A stretch of DNA of 64,000 nucleotides from Polyangiales bacterium (GCA_038231275.1 JBBRLQ010000008.1:1-64000); one strand, 5' to 3'; numbered from the stretch's first letter, positions 1 through 10,357 are shown. Numbers and translations are program-made. The notes: generated from the sequence alone by a model not told the origin.

Positions 1-189
1 GCTCCTCCTCCTCCTCCTCCTCCTCCCACGCCCTCCCCCACGCCGACGACCTCCGCCTCGCCTCGCCCGACGGTCACGCCCGCCGCGCGACCGAAGGCGA
101 CGCCGAAGCCGAAGCCCGCGCCGAAGCCGCACGCGCCCAGCCCCGCGCCGAGCGCTCCTCGACCTCGCTATGACGACACGATCCAGTAG
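1..189 (+). CDS. 3' end of a gene with Pro/Thr/Lys-rich tail, probably a membrane Ser/Thr protein kinase (partial)
   Basis: Frame 1 open from base 1 to TAG 187-189: APPPPPPPPTPSPTPTTSASPRPTVTPAARPKATPKPKPAPKPHAPSPAPSAPRPRYDDTIQ*. Same tail type and same downstream TPR/PEGA partner as the kinase at 50832-52421; the kinase call is inference. Confidence 0.55.
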   Translation, partial: APPPPPPPPTPSPTPTTSASPRPTVTPAARPKATPKPKPAPKPHAPSPAPSAPRPRYDDTIQ

Positions 190-1138
190 GCTCGCCCTCG
201 TCGGTTGCCTCGTCTTCGCGACCGCCGTCCTGCCAGTGACGCGCGCGAGCGCCGCCGAGCCGACGCTCGCCGACGTCGAGACCGCCAAGGCGATGTACGT
301 CGAAGGCCTCGAGCTTCGCGACAACCACCGCCTCGCCGACTCGCTCGCGCGCTTCCGAGGCGCGTACGCGCTCGCAGCGACGCCGATCACCGCGCTCGAG
401 CTCGGTCGCGCGTTCATGCTCGTTGGCCAGCTCCTCGAGGCGCGCGAGGCGCTCTTCTCGATCGAGCGAATGCCGCCCAAGCCCGACGAGTCGCCGAAGG
501 CTGCGAGCGCGCGGACCGAGGCGCGCGCGCTCGCCGAGCAAATCAAGGGGCGCATGCCGTCCGTGCACGTGTCGTTCGACCCGAAGCCGGAGGGCGAGCC
601 CAAGGTCACGATCGACGGCGTCGTCGTGCCGAACGAGTCGCTGTCTGCTGCGCGACGGCTCAATCCCGGCAAGCACGTCATCGTCGCCGAGCTGGGCGAC
701 GAGCGCGCGACGGCGGAGATCGAGCTGGGCGAGTCGGAGGCACGACCGGTGATCCTCGCGCTCGGGCCGGGCGCGCCGAAGGGACCCGTGACGCCGGCGA
801 CCATCACGACGCCCGCGGCGAGCGACGGGTCGCGCGACGCATGGTTTTACGGGGGCCTCACCGGGGCGGGGCTCGGCGGCGTCATCGGCACGATCACCGG
901 CATCCTCGCGTTTTCGAGCGCGTCGAACCTGAGCGCTCAGTGCACAGAATCTCACTGCGCGCGATCGGCGCAAGGAGACCTCGACACGTCGCGCACCATG
1001 GGCACCGTCTCCACTGTGGCGTTCATCGTCGCCGGTGTGGGCGTCGCGGCGGTGCTCGCGGAGATCTTCACGCGACCGACCGCCGCGCCGAAGCCGAGCG
1101 TGCGCACGACGAGCGCCGCGCTATCATGGCCAAGGTGA
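170..1138 (+). CDS. Secreted TPR + PEGA-like protein with C-terminal TM hairpin (myxobacterial kinase partner)
   Basis: Signal peptide; TPR-like AKAMYVEG...ARFRGAYAL...LELGRA; PEGA-like VTIDG...LNPGKHVIVA; two hydrophobic C-terminal segments with CxxxxC. Confidence 0.75.
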   Translation: MTTRSSRLALVGCLVFATAVLPVTRASAAEPTLADVETAKAMYVEGLELRDNHRLADSLARFRGAYALAATPITALELGRAFMLVGQLLEAREALFSIERMPPKPDESPKAASARTEARALAEQIKGRMPSVHVSFDPKPEGEPKVTIDGVVVPNESLSAARRLNPGKHVIVAELGDERATAEIELGESEARPVILALGPGAPKGPVTPATITTPAASDGSRDAWFYGGLTGAGLGGVIGTITGILAFSSASNLSAQCTESHCARSAQGDLDTSRTMGTVSTVAFIVAGVGVAAVLAEIFTRPTAAPKPSVRTTSAALSWPR

Positions 1139-1626
1139 GGGTCGTCGTCCGGAAGCTCGTGACCGCGCTGCCGCTGGTGCTCGTCCTCATGAGCGCGTGC
1201 AGCGCGCTGACCGGCGTGGGCAAGTACGACGTGAACGACTGCCCGAAGGGCGACTGCTCGGACGGCGGCCTCGGCTCCTCGAGCGGATCCTCCGGGGATG
1301 GAAGCGCCGCCGACGGCACGAGCACGGCAGACGGCGCCGCCGACGTCACGGTCGATACCTTCACGTGCCCATCCGGCACCTCGCTCGTCACGCTCACGGT
1401 GAGCGGGCAGCCTGGGAGCATCGTCTCGGAGCCTGCGGGCCTCACCGTCCCGCCAAATCCGTCGTCCGCGTGCCTCGCGATCGGCCAGGTTCGCCTCCGC
1501 GGCACCAACAAGGGCAACTGGACCTGCACGGCCGGCTGCACCCCTGGCAACGCGCAGGACACCGACACGTTCAACTTCCAGAACCCCGCGGGCGGCTCGA
1601 CGATCACCGCGTCGCTCCAGAACTAG
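1126..1626 (+). CDS. Cys-rich lipoprotein
   Basis: Lipobox LMSAC, Ser/Gly linker, Cys-containing beta-rich C-terminus. Start is ATG 1126 or GTG 1135 (GTGA overlap with the upstream stop). Confidence 0.7.
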   Translation: MAKVRVVVRKLVTALPLVLVLMSACSALTGVGKYDVNDCPKGDCSDGGLGSSSGSSGDGSAADGTSTADGAADVTVDTFTCPSGTSLVTLTVSGQPGSIVSEPAGLTVPPNPSSACLAIGQVRLRGTNKGNWTCTAGCTPGNAQDTDTFNFQNPAGGSTITASLQN

Positions 1627-1688
1627 CCACACTCGTCAGGCCGCCCGTCCGCTCCCGAGCCTCACCGGTTTGGTGTACGCTCCCCTTC

Positions 1689-3374
1689 GTGAGTCGCGGC
1701 GATCAATCGGTCATCACCGAGCACAGGGTCGCTCTGCCGCCGTCGGGCGGCGACAGCCTGTGCGCAACGGCGTTCGTCGCCGATCACTCGTTCGTCGTCG
1801 AGCTGCCGAGCAGCGGCGTCATCGAGCTCGGGCGCGGCAGCGACGCCGACGTCCAGCTCGTGAGCGGGGGGGTCTCGCGCGCGCACGCGCGGATCGACAT
1901 GCGGGGAGAGCGCGGCGTCCTCGAGGACAACGCGTCGCGCAACGGCACGTTCGTGAACCGCGGGCGCATCTCCGGGCAGGTCCAGGTCGGCCATGGCGAC
2001 GAGATCGGCATCGGCGACGCGCGCCTCGCGCTCCTCAAAAAGTCCGCGATCCCTGCCGGCACCATCGCGATGCTGGTGAGGCGCGCGCTGCTCGAGCGGC
2101 TCGACGTCGACATCGCCGCGGGGCAGCGCCCCAACCTCTTCGTCGTGCAGTTCCCCGAGCGCTGGTACGAGATGCGCGCGGCGCGAGAGCTGATCGGCAA
2201 GCTCATGGCCGTGGCGTACGTCGGCTCGTACAACGACTACATCATCGCGTTCGCAGTGAAGGCGCCGCGCACCGACGCTGCCACGATGCTGGCTGCATCA
2301 CGCCGAACGCTGCGCCTCGCAGGCATCGACGCGACCGCCGGCCTCGCGCCCGAGTCGACGGGCGACGCCGAGGAGCTGCTCAACGGATCGCTCAAGGCGC
2401 TCCTCTCCGCGCAAGAGGACAATGAGGAAACGAGCGAGCAGCCCATCGTCACCGATCCGGGGATGACGCGCCTCTACGCCGAGGCGCGCCGCATCGCCGC
2501 GAGCCCCATCGGGGTCCTCCTGATCGGCGAGACCGGCGCCGGAAAAGAGGTGTTCGCGCGCACCATCCACACGGCGAGTGGCCGCCAGGGTCCGCTCGTG
2601 TGCGTCAACACCGCAGCGCTCCCCGAGCAGCTCCTCGAGAGCGAGCTGTTCGGCCACGAGCGCGGCGCGTTCTCGGGCGCGGCCAACGCCAAGGCCGGCC
2701 TCATCGAGTCCGCGCAGGGCGGCACGCTCTTCCTCGACGAGATCGGCGAGCTGCCGATGACGATGCAGGCCAAGCTCCTGCGCGTCCTCGAGGATCACGT
2801 GGTGCGGCGCGTCGGCGCGACGACCGAGCGCAAGATCGACGTCCGCGTCATCGCCGCCACCAACTGCGATCTCGACCAGCTTGTGCAAGAGAAGCGCTTT
2901 CGTCAGGATCTCCTCTTCCGCCTGAACGGCTGCACGCTCCGCATCCCGCCGCTGCGGGAGCGCAAGCCGGAGATCCCGCGCCTCGCCGAGGTTTTCCTCT
3001 CGCGCGCCGCGGCGATGCTCGGCGCGCCGCAGCTGCGCCTGTCGCCCGCGGCGGCCGAAGCGCTCGAGCGCCACCCGTGGCCAGGCAACGTGCGCGAGCT
3101 CCGCAACGTCCTCGAGCGCGCCGCCGCCCTCGCCGCCCAAGGCGCCGGCGCGATCTTGCCCGAGCACCTCCCCGATTCGGTCCTCGCCACGCCGACCACG
3201 TCCCGCGCCCCGGGAGACGACGTGCGCGAGGACCTTCGCGACTTCGAGCGGCAGCGCATCCTCGACGCGCTCCAGAAGACCGCCGGCAACCAGACGCAAG
3301 CGGCGGAGCTGCTCGGCCTTCCGCGACGGACGCTCGCGTACAAGATGAACCGCCTCGGCATCAAGGCGAAGTAG
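1689..3374 (+). CDS. FHA-domain sigma54-dependent enhancer-binding protein (Fis-type HTH)
   Basis: FHA motifs GR..D, VSRAHA, SRNGTFVN; AAA+ Walker A GETGAGKE, ESELFGHERGAFSGA, FLDEIGE, QAKLLRVL, WPGNVREL; HTH GNQTQAAELLGL. GTG 1689 preceded by TACGCT-N7. Confidence 0.92.
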   Translation: MSRGDQSVITEHRVALPPSGGDSLCATAFVADHSFVVELPSSGVIELGRGSDADVQLVSGGVSRAHARIDMRGERGVLEDNASRNGTFVNRGRISGQVQVGHGDEIGIGDARLALLKKSAIPAGTIAMLVRRALLERLDVDIAAGQRPNLFVVQFPERWYEMRAARELIGKLMAVAYVGSYNDYIIAFAVKAPRTDAATMLAASRRTLRLAGIDATAGLAPESTGDAEELLNGSLKALLSAQEDNEETSEQPIVTDPGMTRLYAEARRIAASPIGVLLIGETGAGKEVFARTIHTASGRQGPLVCVNTAALPEQLLESELFGHERGAFSGAANAKAGLIESAQGGTLFLDEIGELPMTMQAKLLRVLEDHVVRRVGATTERKIDVRVIAATNCDLDQLVQEKRFRQDLLFRLNGCTLRIPPLRERKPEIPRLAEVFLSRAAAMLGAPQLRLSPAAAEALERHPWPGNVRELRNVLERAAALAAQGAGAILPEHLPDSVLATPTTSRAPGDDVREDLRDFERQRILDALQKTAGNQTQAAELLGLPRRTLAYKMNRLGIKAK

Positions 3375-3542
3375 CCGCGAAGGCACCGCTGGATCGCGGC
3401 TGCTCCGCCGCGCGTGCGTCTCGCATCCAACGCATGTGGATCGCGGCCGTACCATTGGCGGGGGTTTGCTCACACGAGTTGCCACGGCAACTTCCTGCCC
3501 GCCGCTGTTTCACGATTTGCCGTAAATTTGGCGGAATCAGCG

Positions 3543-3558
3543 TGGCATCGCACCTGCA
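3543..3558 (+). promoter_or_regulatory. sigma54 -24/-12 promoter
   Basis: TGGCATCGCACCTGCA with GG(3544-45)-N10-GC(3556-57), directly downstream of an EBP gene and upstream of SD GGAGG (3571-75) and ATG 3583. Confidence 0.75.
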
Positions 3559-3582
3559 ATAGCGATGGTCGGAGGTTCGACC

Positions 3583-5991
3583 ATGCTCATCTCGCGCTCA
3601 CGCTCTGCCCTCTTCACTCTCCTCGCCGTCGCCGCGGGATGCAGCTCGAACCAGGAACCGACCCCGATGCGCGCCGTCGAGGGCTCGCTCGCCCTCGAGG
3701 CGTACTCGAAGCTCGACGTCCCGAGCGTCGTCGCGCAAGACACCGCCGGCCGCACCTTCACCGGCGAGGTCCAGGCGAACGGGGTGTTCCACATCGACGT
3801 CCCGGTCGGCCGCTCGTACCGGCTCTTCCTGACCGACTTCCGCGCGTCGGGGTACTCGTCCATCGAGGCCCGCATCTTGTGGACCGGCAACGTGCGCTGG
3901 GCGACCGTCGCTCCGATCGGCAACGTGACCGGCTCCACCAGCGATGGCGGCGGCACGATCTCCCTCGGCGGCGTCGGACAGATCGCCGGCGGCGGCTTGC
4001 CCGGCTCGAACACCGGCGGCAACGGCGGTGTCATCGGCGGCACGACCGACGGCAACCCCGGCGGGACGAGCGGCGGCGTCGGTAGCTCCGGCGTCCCCGG
4101 TACCAGCGGCGGCACCGGCGACGGCAGCGGCGGAACCACCAGCGGTGGCACGGGCAGCAGCAGCGGCAACACCAGCGGTGGAACCAGCGGCGGCACCGGC
4201 GACGGCAGCGGCGGCACGGGCAGCAGCAGCGGCAACACCAGCGGCGGAACCAGCGGAACCAGCGGAACCAGCGGTGGCGGAACCAGCGGCAACACCAGCA
4301 GCGGTGGAAGCAGCGGCAACACCAGCAGCGGTGGAAGCAGCGGAAGCAGCGGCGGCGGAACCAGCGGCAACACCAGCAGCGGCGGCACGGGTGACGGGAG
4401 CGGCGGCGCGAGCAGCGGCGCTGGTGGCGGTGGCGGCGGCGCCAGCAGCAGCGGCGGCGGTGGCGACACCGGCGACGGAGATGGAACCCCGCTCTGCCTC
4501 CCCGCGAACTCCGCGGTGCTCGTCGCGAAGGGAAGCCCCAAGCTCGTCCCCGCGCGGATCGTCGACGCGCCCGTTCCGACGTGCGTTCCCGGCGGCGGCG
4601 GCGGGAGCAGCGGCAGCAGCGGCGCCAGCAGCAGCGGCGGCGCCAGCAGCAGCGGCGGCGGTGGTTCGAGCGGCGGTGGCGTGAAGCCGCCCCCGACGAC
4701 GAACCCGCCCCCCGGCGCGCCGACGTGCGAGAGCGACAAGCTCCTCGTCCAGACCAGGAACGGCGAATGGGACTGCGTGAAGATGGAGACGCCGGTCACC
4801 TACTTCTATTCGGACAAGCCCATCAAGGTGCACGCATCGGTGGAGTTCCCCGACGGTGTCCTCACGCAATGGTACCCGGGCACGATCGACTCCTACCCGC
4901 TCGTCGGCAAGCGAGACCTGACGGCCGCGACCTCCAACGCGAAGGTCTGCTCCAACATCATGGGCAAGGTTGGCGCGAACAACGGCTTCCTCGACTGGGG
5001 CACGCTCGACGTCCTTGGACGCGACGCCAACGTCGACGCCAAGGTGCCGGCCGCGAGCCTCGACCGCTTCACGTGGTCGTTCGCCCGCCAAGTCGCCGCG
5101 AACCCAGTCAAGGCCGGCAACGGGCAGCTCGAGAAGTTCCTGTTCTACCGCGGCGTCGGCAACTTCTCGCTGCCGGTGCGCGTGACCTCGCAGAATGGCG
5201 GCAAGGTCGCCCTCCAGAACCAGATCGCGGACGAGATCGGCGCTGTCTTCTTCCTGAACGTCGCCGAGGACGGCAGCAAGGGCGCGTTCACCAGCGCGAC
5301 CGCCGGAATCGCGGCCAAGGGCGCGATCGGCGGGAACATCCCGTCGCTCGCCGGCGCGCAGGACGTGGAGACCTACGCCGACGCGCTCGCCCGCGCCGTG
5401 CGCACCGCACTCGACGCGAACGGCCTCTATGACGACGAGGCCACCGCGATGGTGAACACCTGGAAGCGCCAGTGGTTCCGGACCCCCGGGCCGCGCCTCC
5501 TCTACATCGCGCCGCAGTCGTGGACCGACGCGTCGATCCCGCTCCACGTCACGCCCGCGCCGGAGTCGAACAAGCGCGTGATGGTCATCCGCGTCGAGCT
5601 CGTCACCCCCGAGCTCGAAGCCTCCGACACCGCGGCGCTCCGTGGCCTCGCGAACACGCAGACCGCTCCGGCGGCGCGCAATCACTTCGCCACCCTCGGC
5701 CGCTTCGCCGAGCCGCGCCTCCGCCGTGCGATGGGCCTGCTCGGTCAGCCCTCCTACGCGCAGCCGCTCCTCGCCGAGGTCATCGAGACCAACCACACGA
5801 AGCACGAGTCTGTCGCGACCAAGGCGCTCGCGGCCGATCCGCGCGGACCGAAATACCCGGGCAAGGGCTTCGTCGTCCACGAGTGGGGCACCGACACGAT
5901 CGTCGTCGGCTCCGACGGCTCGCAGCTCCTCGGCCTGCAGCACGAGGAAGAGGACCTGCCGGCGTTCGTCTACGACACCACGAAGCACTGA
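3583..5991 (+). CDS. Large lipoprotein with Gly/Ser/Thr linker and uncharacterised HEWGT / KMETPVxYFY / EKFLFYRGVG family domain
   Basis: Lipobox AAGC; SD GGAGG; motifs KMETPVTYFY, GVLTQWYP, EKFLFYRGVG, GLYDDEATAMVNTW, VVHEWGT. Confidence 0.8.
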   Translation: MLISRSRSALFTLLAVAAGCSSNQEPTPMRAVEGSLALEAYSKLDVPSVVAQDTAGRTFTGEVQANGVFHIDVPVGRSYRLFLTDFRASGYSSIEARILWTGNVRWATVAPIGNVTGSTSDGGGTISLGGVGQIAGGGLPGSNTGGNGGVIGGTTDGNPGGTSGGVGSSGVPGTSGGTGDGSGGTTSGGTGSSSGNTSGGTSGGTGDGSGGTGSSSGNTSGGTSGTSGTSGGGTSGNTSSGGSSGNTSSGGSSGSSGGGTSGNTSSGGTGDGSGGASSGAGGGGGGASSSGGGGDTGDGDGTPLCLPANSAVLVAKGSPKLVPARIVDAPVPTCVPGGGGGSSGSSGASSSGGASSSGGGGSSGGGVKPPPTTNPPPGAPTCESDKLLVQTRNGEWDCVKMETPVTYFYSDKPIKVHASVEFPDGVLTQWYPGTIDSYPLVGKRDLTAATSNAKVCSNIMGKVGANNGFLDWGTLDVLGRDANVDAKVPAASLDRFTWSFARQVAANPVKAGNGQLEKFLFYRGVGNFSLPVRVTSQNGGKVALQNQIADEIGAVFFLNVAEDGSKGAFTSATAGIAAKGAIGGNIPSLAGAQDVETYADALARAVRTALDANGLYDDEATAMVNTWKRQWFRTPGPRLLYIAPQSWTDASIPLHVTPAPESNKRVMVIRVELVTPELEASDTAALRGLANTQTAPAARNHFATLGRFAEPRLRRAMGLLGQPSYAQPLLAEVIETNHTKHESVATKALAADPRGPKYPGKGFVVHEWGTDTIVVGSDGSQLLGLQHEEEDLPAFVYDTTKH
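4066..4680 (+). repeat. Coding low-complexity repeats (AGC/GGC/ACC; GTSGG, SSGNTSSGG units)
   Basis: Imperfect tandem repeats such as ggcaacaccagcagcggtggaagcagc inside the 3583-5991 ORF. Confidence 0.85.
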
Positions 5992-6042
5992 CGGTCTCAT
6001 CGCTCCGTATTGAACCGAAACCCTCATCCAGGAGAATCGATC

Positions 6043-7179
6043 ATGTTCGCCCCCCGCTCCGCCGTTGTCGCCACGTGCATCGCCGCCGCTCTCGTCGCGT
6101 GCGGAGGAAGCAGCGGATCCGTCTTCAACGACGGCAACAACGGCTCGAGCGGGGCCACGCCGGCAGGACCCTCGGGGGACCAAGGCTCGTTCAACACCGA
6201 TCCGATCGGCACGAACGCGGCATGCGTCACCGCGATGAAGAACGCGTCGCTGCCGGCGGTGAATCTGGTCATCATGTACGACAAGTCCGGGAGCATGGGC
6301 GATCCGGCCGAGGGCGGGAATCCCGCGCTCAAGTGGGTCCCCGTCAACACCGGCATGAAGGCGTTCTTCGCCGATCCCGCGTCGAGCGGGTATAGCGCGT
6401 CGCTCCAGTTTTTCCCCGCGCCGGGCGACATCACCGCGACGTGCTCGGCCCCGTACGCGACGCCGCTCGTCGCGCTCACGTCGCTCGGGCAAAACCAGTC
6501 GCTCGTGACGGCGCTCGATCACGCGATGCCACAAGGCGGCACGCCGACCCTGCCTGCGCTCCAAGGGGCGATCGCGTACGCGCAACAGACCAGCCAGACG
6601 CGTCCCGAAGAGAAAACGGTCGTGGTCCTCGTCACCGACGGCGAGCCGGGCCTCATGGTCAACGGGACCTTCGCACCCGGATGCGCGAACAACGACGTCG
6701 CCCACGTCGCGGCGGCGGCGGCCGACGCGTACAAGGGGACGCCGGCGATCCCTACGTATGTCGTCGGCGTTGGAACCTCGCTCCAGAAGCTCGACGCCGT
6801 CGCCGCAGCCGGCGGCACGGGGAAGGCCTTCGTGATTCCGGTGAGCAACCCCACCGAGACGACATCAGTGCTCCAGAAGGCCTTCGAGTCGATCCGCTCG
6901 CAAGTGCAGCTCTCATGCGACTTCCCGCTCCCCGCGGCGCCCGCCGGCCAAACGCTCGACACCAACCGCGTCAACGTCGGCTTCACGAGCGGCGCCGGCG
7001 CGGAGACGCCCTTGGTCTACAGCGCCGACTGCAAAGCGCCCAACGGCTGGCGTTACGACGATCTCGCGCACCCGCAGCGCGTCGAGCTCTGCGGCGCCGC
7101 CTGCACCACCGCGCAGGCCGACCGCAACGGCAAGTTGACGGTCGCCTTCGGCTGCCAGACGAACCAGACCCAGAAATGA
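6043..7179 (+). CDS. von Willebrand factor A domain lipoprotein
   Basis: SD GGAG; lipobox LVAC; MIDAS DKSGS, GTPT and VTDGEP; C-terminal Cys-containing module (GWRY...VELCG..C...FGC). Confidence 0.85.
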   Translation: MFAPRSAVVATCIAAALVACGGSSGSVFNDGNNGSSGATPAGPSGDQGSFNTDPIGTNAACVTAMKNASLPAVNLVIMYDKSGSMGDPAEGGNPALKWVPVNTGMKAFFADPASSGYSASLQFFPAPGDITATCSAPYATPLVALTSLGQNQSLVTALDHAMPQGGTPTLPALQGAIAYAQQTSQTRPEEKTVVVLVTDGEPGLMVNGTFAPGCANNDVAHVAAAAADAYKGTPAIPTYVVGVGTSLQKLDAVAAAGGTGKAFVIPVSNPTETTSVLQKAFESIRSQVQLSCDFPLPAAPAGQTLDTNRVNVGFTSGAGAETPLVYSADCKAPNGWRYDDLAHPQRVELCGAACTTAQADRNGKLTVAFGCQTNQTQK

Positions 7180-7183
7180 CGTG

Positions 7184-7497
7184 ATGCACCTCGCGCTCCG
7201 CACCGTGACGCTCGCGCTGGCGCTCTCCGCCTCGGGCTGCGGTCTCGGCGTGATGGGCGACTTCTTCTACGAGCCGGCCTCGCCCGATCACGGGGACGCA
7301 TCCACGCCGCCCGGTGCTGCTTCGAACCGAACAACAACACGATCGTCGCGACGTGCCAGCAGGACTGCAATGGCGGCGAACGTGTGCAGGCGTGCAAGAC
7401 CCAGGCGGAGTGCCAGGGTGGTACGTGCACTGTGCACGCATGCAACTTCGGCGGCTCGGTGGAGACGTGCCAGCCGCTCCCCACCATTTGCCCCTGA
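7184..7497 (+). pseudogene. Cys-rich lipoprotein split by a frameshift near 7305-7314
   Basis: Frame 2 gives MHLALRTVTLALALSASGCG... (lipobox). Frame 1 from 7315 gives CCFEPNNNTIVATCQQDCNGGERVQACKTQAECQGGTCTVHACNFGGSVETCQPLPTICP* with no start codon of its own. Confidence 0.6.
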
Positions 7498-7529
7498 CGC
7501 CGCGCTGCGAATCGTGACAAAATCACGGG

Positions 7530-8807
7530 ATGCGACGCACGCTCATAGGCCTGACGTGGACGCTCACCCTCGCCGCGACGGGCGCGTGCGGATCGAGCTC
7601 GAGCAGCGGAGTCGCGCCCGGCGGCGGTGACGGTGGCGCAGATGGAAGTCGCGCCGGGTGCGCTCCCGGTGGCGCCACCCCCGATCCGCGCGGCGATCAC
7701 GCCGGCGCCCTCTCGCCCGACGGCGCCACGATGATCCTCTTCGGCGGTGACACCGCGGTCGCGCCCTGCGGCGGTATCCCGAGCCACACGCACGTCGGCG
7801 ACACCTGGCTCCTCGACACCAAATGCGGGACGTTCCAGAGCGTCCCCGGCGCCGGCCCCCAAGCGCGTGCCCGCCACGCGATGGTGACCGACCCCACCGG
7901 CGGCCGCGCGCTCCTCTTTGGCGGGCGAACGCGCGCGGGCGCGAGCGGCGACTACACGCTCTTCTCCGACGTGTGGTCCTTCGACTTCGCGGGACGCGCG
8001 TGGTCGCAGATCGCGACGACCGGCACGGCGCCGCCCCCGCGCTCCAACACCGCCATCGCCCTCTCCGACACGAAGCGCACGCTCTACGTCTTCGGCGGCA
8101 GCTCCAGCGTCTCGGGCCTCGCCTTCACCCCGCTCGACGACACGTGGGCCCTCGATCTCACCACGCATGCGTGGCACCAGGTCGCGGCGACGGTCTCCCC
8201 AAGGCCCAAGGCGCGCCTCTTCCACGCCGTCGCGATCGACGACGCGCGCGGCACGCTTTACGCGTACTCCGGCGGCGACGCGAACGCGTTCACCGGCCCC
8301 TTCCTCGCCGATCTGTGGGCGCTCGATCTCGCCGCCGAGACGTGGCGTCAGATCACGCCGACCGGTGGCCTGCCCCCGTCGCGCATCCTCCACACCATGA
8401 CGTGGGACACCGTGAAGAAGCAGCTCGTCGTCTTCGGCGGCCACGACGACGGCAACACCGGCAACCAGAACGACGTGTGGACGATCGATCCGACGACGGC
8501 GTCCCCCACATGGACCAACCTCCCGCTCGGCGACACGTTCAACAAGGCCGGCAGCGGCGCGTGCACGTTTCCCCCGGATTTCACGGTGATCGACAAGGCC
8601 TCACCCGAGAGACGCGAGTCGTTCGCGACGGGCGTGCGCGCCGACGGCCATGGCTTCATCGTCCACGGCGGAAAATCGGACTGCGGAGATCTCGCCGACG
8701 CGTGGTCGCTCGATCTCGCCGCCGGCGCGTGGTCGCCGGTCTTCGCGTCCCCCGTCGCGCTCTCCTGCCTGCGCTACTCGACCACCTGCACCGGCCTCTG
8801 CGGCTAA
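7530..8807 (+). CDS. Kelch-repeat beta-propeller lipoprotein
   Basis: Lipobox TGAC; repeated R..H / lFGG / D.W..D / W motifs (about six blades). Confidence 0.85.
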   Translation: MRRTLIGLTWTLTLAATGACGSSSSSGVAPGGGDGGADGSRAGCAPGGATPDPRGDHAGALSPDGATMILFGGDTAVAPCGGIPSHTHVGDTWLLDTKCGTFQSVPGAGPQARARHAMVTDPTGGRALLFGGRTRAGASGDYTLFSDVWSFDFAGRAWSQIATTGTAPPPRSNTAIALSDTKRTLYVFGGSSSVSGLAFTPLDDTWALDLTTHAWHQVAATVSPRPKARLFHAVAIDDARGTLYAYSGGDANAFTGPFLADLWALDLAAETWRQITPTGGLPPSRILHTMTWDTVKKQLVVFGGHDDGNTGNQNDVWTIDPTTASPTWTNLPLGDTFNKAGSGACTFPPDFTVIDKASPERRESFATGVRADGHGFIVHGGKSDCGDLADAWSLDLAAGAWSPVFASPVALSCLRYSTTCTGLCG

Positions 8808-8934
8808 CCAACGACCTCCCCACAAACCCCACAAACGCTCGGGGCCGCTCGTCGTGCAACGCACGACTTCGCCGAAAGGCGACGCGGGGAGGCTCAGCGC
8901 GCTCCTGCGCGATGAGGGGCCCGCAGGGCCCACC

Positions 8935-8970
8935 AAACAAAGATGCCGCGCCCTAACCTCAGGCGCGGCA
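8935..8970 (-). terminator. Probable intrinsic terminator of clpX
   Basis: Stem tgccgcgcc(8944-52)/ggcgcggca(8962-70) followed on the minus strand by TCTTTGTTT, 7 nt after the clpX stop. Confidence 0.65.
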
Positions 8971-8976
8971 CGACGT

Positions 8977-10236
<1,260 letters not shown>

Positions 10237-10357
10237 GGCCTTCGACCTGATCCTCTCGTCGTTCCCGCTGGCTCTGCCTGGTCTGTATCTATCTGCGGCC
10301 TAACTCGGGAAAAGCTTAGACCCCGCCCCCACATGCCGCAAGTATGCGGAGGTAGGA

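Noticed and set aside
3598-6705. 1035-aa minus-strand ORF and other long shadow ORFs (e.g. 31930-35613 +, 36903-38669 +, 8650-10434 +, 53430-55493 +)
   Set aside because: They are antisense or off-frame shadows of clear genes, expected in high-GC DNA; Arg/Ala-rich with no motifs.
7177-7497. Stop-codon read-through or selenocysteine at the vWA gene TGA (the frame stays open to 7497 and includes the Cys-rich domain)
   Set aside because: The 45 intervening codons are the lipoprotein signal region in another frame and read as nonsense here; a frameshifted separate gene explains it better.
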